NCBI GenBank assembly: GCA_032718475.1
Contig: JAUCBJ010002827.1
Coordinates: 1-64,000, forward strand
Length of the DNA: 64,000 nucleotides
Direction of reading: 5' to 3'
From: Nemertoderma westbladi
Lineage: Eukaryota; Animalia; Xenacoelomorpha
Shown piece by piece: positions 60,521 through 64,000 of this stretch. Position 1 is the stretch's first letter; each line of letters begins with the position of its first letter. Under the pieces are notes generated by a model. That model ran no database searches, was not told where the DNA came from, and saw only the letters and a program-made list of their open reading frames with translations. A program made the position numbers and the translations under genes.

Positions 60521-61599
60521 GGCAACTGCAAAGTGAAATATATAACGGCAGAAAGTGTTTACATGGGCCCAAGATTAAAATAAAGCTGCTGAAAATAATG
60601 TTACAGTTCTTTTTCTTGTATTCTATGATACATAAAGGATAATTAAATTATTATAATTGCATTAAACATACTGTATAATATAGAACTTATGTCCATTAAC
60701 TTTGCACGAATTATCTGCATTGCTATTCCCATAACAGAAGTTTCCAATGCGATTTCGTCGTTAAGGCTGTGACGGTGACCCCCCTGTGTATCAATACCGT
60801 TTTCATTTTCACCACAATCCCAAACAGCGCCAGTTTAGTTTTATACTGTAGCTTGGATCGTTCGTCAATAGTCTCTGCGTCTCTCCTTTGTATATTTATT
60901 GCTAAATTCATCAATTATTCTAGAACCAACCTGCAATAAATATAAAACGTTAGTTTGTTATTTTCATAATTGCTCAGCAGTGGGGGCAACATACAGTACA
61001 TGAAACATTTAAAAGCTCATATCTCAGCAATTCCTCGAAGAGTTTGTTACTGTACATATTGTAATTTGTGGAAGTTTGGTGCCATACAGTAGGTATAGTT
61101 TGGTGTAAGTTGGATGCAGAGTGGAAGTGGAAGTGCAGTGGAAGTTGGGTGTAGTGGGGTGGAACTGTGTGGGTGTAGTTGGCTGAAAGTTGGGTGTAGT
61201 TGGGTGAAAGTTGGGTGTAGTTGGGTGAAAGTTGGGTGTAGTTGGGTGTAGTTGGGTGAAAGTTGGGTGAAGTGGGATGCACTCGATCCTCCGTGGAATT
61301 CCCATTATGAACATCACATATACTGATATATTTCGCCTGGACGGATGCATCGCGCTTATTCAATCTAAACATTACTATATGATTGTGATCAGGCAGGCAG
61401 GTTATGGTTGATATCAGTTAATGCGATGCCTTTGATAAATTGCGCAAAGGGCGATTAAGTACTGTAATACAGTAGATAGTGTGGTTGCGTTTCCGCCAAC
61501 ATCTCTTTCCAAGCTTGGTGAGAATAACTCTTCCGGGAAGAAAAATATACTCGATTTATGACTACCATCATCTGATCATATGTTGACGTCACATTAAAT

Positions 61600-62470
61600 A
61601 AACACAAATAAACAAAAACACACACAAACAAAAGCAAACAAAACACACAAAAACACACAAAAACACACAAAAACAAACAGAAACACACAAAAACATACAA
61701 TTCACACAAAAACACACAAAAACATACAATTCACATAAAAACACACAAAACAAACAAAAACACACAAAAACAAACAAAGGCAAACAAAACAAACAAAAAC
61801 AAACAAAAACACAAAAACAAATAAACAAAAACACACACAAACAAACAAAAGCAAACAAAACACACAAAAACAAACAAAAGAAACATAACGAAACAAAACA
61901 CACAAAAAGAAACAAAAACACACAAAAACAAACAGAAACACACAAAAACATACAATTCACACAAAAACACACAAAAACATACAATTCACACAAAAACACA
62001 CAAAACAAACAAAAACACACAAAAACAAACAAAGGCAAACAAAACAAACAAAAACAAACAAAAACACAAAAACAAACACAAATAAACAAAAACACACACA
62101 AACAAACAAAAGCAAACAAAACACACAAAAACAAACAAAAGAAACATAAAGAAACAGAACACACAAAAAGAAACAAAAACACACAAAAACAAACAGAAAC
62201 ACACAAAAACATACAATTCACACAAAAACACACAAAAACATACAATTCACACAAAAACACACAAAACAAACAAAAACACACAAAAACAAACAAAAACACA
62301 CAAAAACAAACAAAAACACACAAAAACACACAAAACACACAAAAACAAACAAAAACACACAAAAACAAACAAAACATACAAAAACAAACAAAAACACACA
62401 AAAACAAACAAAAACACACAAAAACAAAACAAAGACACAGAAAAACAACAAAAACAAACAAACAAAAACT
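61600..62470. repeat. CA-rich simple repeat (ACAAAAACAC-type) with higher-order duplication
   Basis: Directly visible; same basic motif as in the foldback TIRs. Confidence 0.95.
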
Positions 62471-64000
62471 TTGTTTTTGTTTTAAAACAAAACAAAACAT
62501 TTATTTTGTAACAATATATCACTCTCTTTTATTAAAGAATTAAGCCACAATAAAGTACCAAATTAAGAATAAAATTACTTAGGCCTATATTACATAGGGG
62601 AAAAAAAACTTAAGAACATATAAGCCGTGAAGTTTATAACTGGTCTTGCTTTCCCATGTAATAAATAAATTAGTTTTATCATGGCCATTCAATTCCACTA
62701 CAATTCCGATTTTATTACCGATTTTAAAATATTATTACATTTTTAAAAAATGTTGTTTATAGGCCTACTACAGTATGATTCTTCTGCAAATATATTTATT
62801 ACATCGTCCCAATAAATCACATCAAACTTCCCGTTTCTCTACTGTATACTTAATAAATCCAAACTACTTAAACGATCTTGTAATTGTAAATATAGTAATA
62901 GCATTGTTGTTGCAAGTGGCAAGCCCTGGGTGATTTAATAATAAAATGGTTTTGTAAGTGTTTTATTCCATCAATAGGCCCAATAAAATAATTAATTTTT
63001 TTTTAAATTATTTAATTATTTTCTAATCCCCAGCCCCCCCCCCCCCCCACCCTCGGTATGCCTCTGTTAAGCATACATGAGTATGAAATACAGACACAGG
63101 GTGTTATAATGACAAAGTATGAATGAATCGAGCTAATACTGTAGTTTCAGATTCGCAGGTAGAATTTAATGTGACGTCAACATATGATCAGATGATGGTA
63201 GTCATAAATCGAGTATATTTTTCTTCCCGGAAGAGTTATTCTCACCAAGCTTGGAAAGAGATGTTGGCGGAAACGCAACCACACTATCTACTGTATTACA
63301 GTAAATAATCGCCCTTTGCGCAATTTATCAAAGGCATCATTAACTGATATCAACCATAACCTGCCTGCCTGATCACAATCATATAGTAATGTTTAGATTG
63401 AATAAGCGCGATGCATCCGTCCAGGCGAAATATATGTGATGTTCATAATGGGAATTCCACAGAGGATCGAGTGCATCAATGATCTAATTTATACTGAAGG
63501 TACCTGTAGAGTGTAGACTACTGGACTATGCCTATAGGTATTTCAGCAATAACTATTGCGTTTTGGATTACAATTAATTACATCCATACAGACAAACAGG
63601 CATACAAACAGACAACAACCCAAACCGCAATGATAATTACCTTTGCAGGCATTTCATATATGTGCCGTATGTTTTTGTCTGTTTTTGTGTGTTTTTGTAT
63701 GTTTTTGTGTGTTTTTGTGTGTTTTTGTGAGTTTTTGTGTGTTTTTGTGTGTTTTTGTGTGTTTTTGTGAGTTTTTGTGTGTTTTTGTGTGTTTTTGGTG
63801 TAAATAGACGTCCCCAATACATAGAGATTCCAGTCTGGCAAACAGTGAGCTGTGCTGCAGTACTGCAGTAATGGTACCGGTACCGGTAGCCTAGCTCTGT
63901 AGCCAGGTAGCTGTTAGGATTATTACAGTATTAGGCCTACTGCTGTACTGTATTACCGGTATACATTTCCATGCCTGTCTTACGGGGTCATCTCTTCCCC

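Larger units (their letters stand above)
56004..63815. mobile_element. Foldback/Mutator-like element (7.8 kb) with ~280-bp TIRs and internal inverted arms
   Basis: GGGGACGTCTATTTACACC / GGTGTAAATAGACGTCCCC termini; 9-bp TSD AATACATAG (55995-56003 / 63816-63824); the TIRs contain CACAAAAA-type repeats. Confidence 0.85.

Noticed and set aside
61455-62522. Phe/Val/Cys-rich ORFs resembling membrane proteins
   Set aside because: They are translations of a CA-rich simple repeat; the same applies to 55954-56349 and 63528-63841.

Overview
AT-rich, repeat-dense animal (invertebrate-like) genomic DNA. It holds one clear host gene, a single-exon secreted protein with 8 WAP domains and 7 further Cys-rich repeats (3920-6856). 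The rest is largely nested transposons: a Penelope-like element with an inverted pLTR, three BEL/Pao LTR retrotransposons, RTE and CR1 LINE remnants, two Mutator-like elements with 9-bp TSDs, hAT and Tc1-type MITEs, and several satellites. The main signal is that two divergent BEL/Pao elements (21319-36376 and ~40610-52829) each carry, in the env position after the integrase, a homologous non-env accessory gene. It encodes a DEDDy-type 3'-5' exonuclease-like domain followed by three tandem CCHC-type zinc knuckles. Neither element shows a tRNA primer-binding site. In the younger one, the 11 nt directly after the 5' LTR are exactly complementary to an 11-mer inside the LTR, suggesting self-priming. 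A 124-bp tRNA-head plus canonical hammerhead ribozyme element is inserted into the second accessory gene. All domain calls are by-eye motif recognition; no searches were run.
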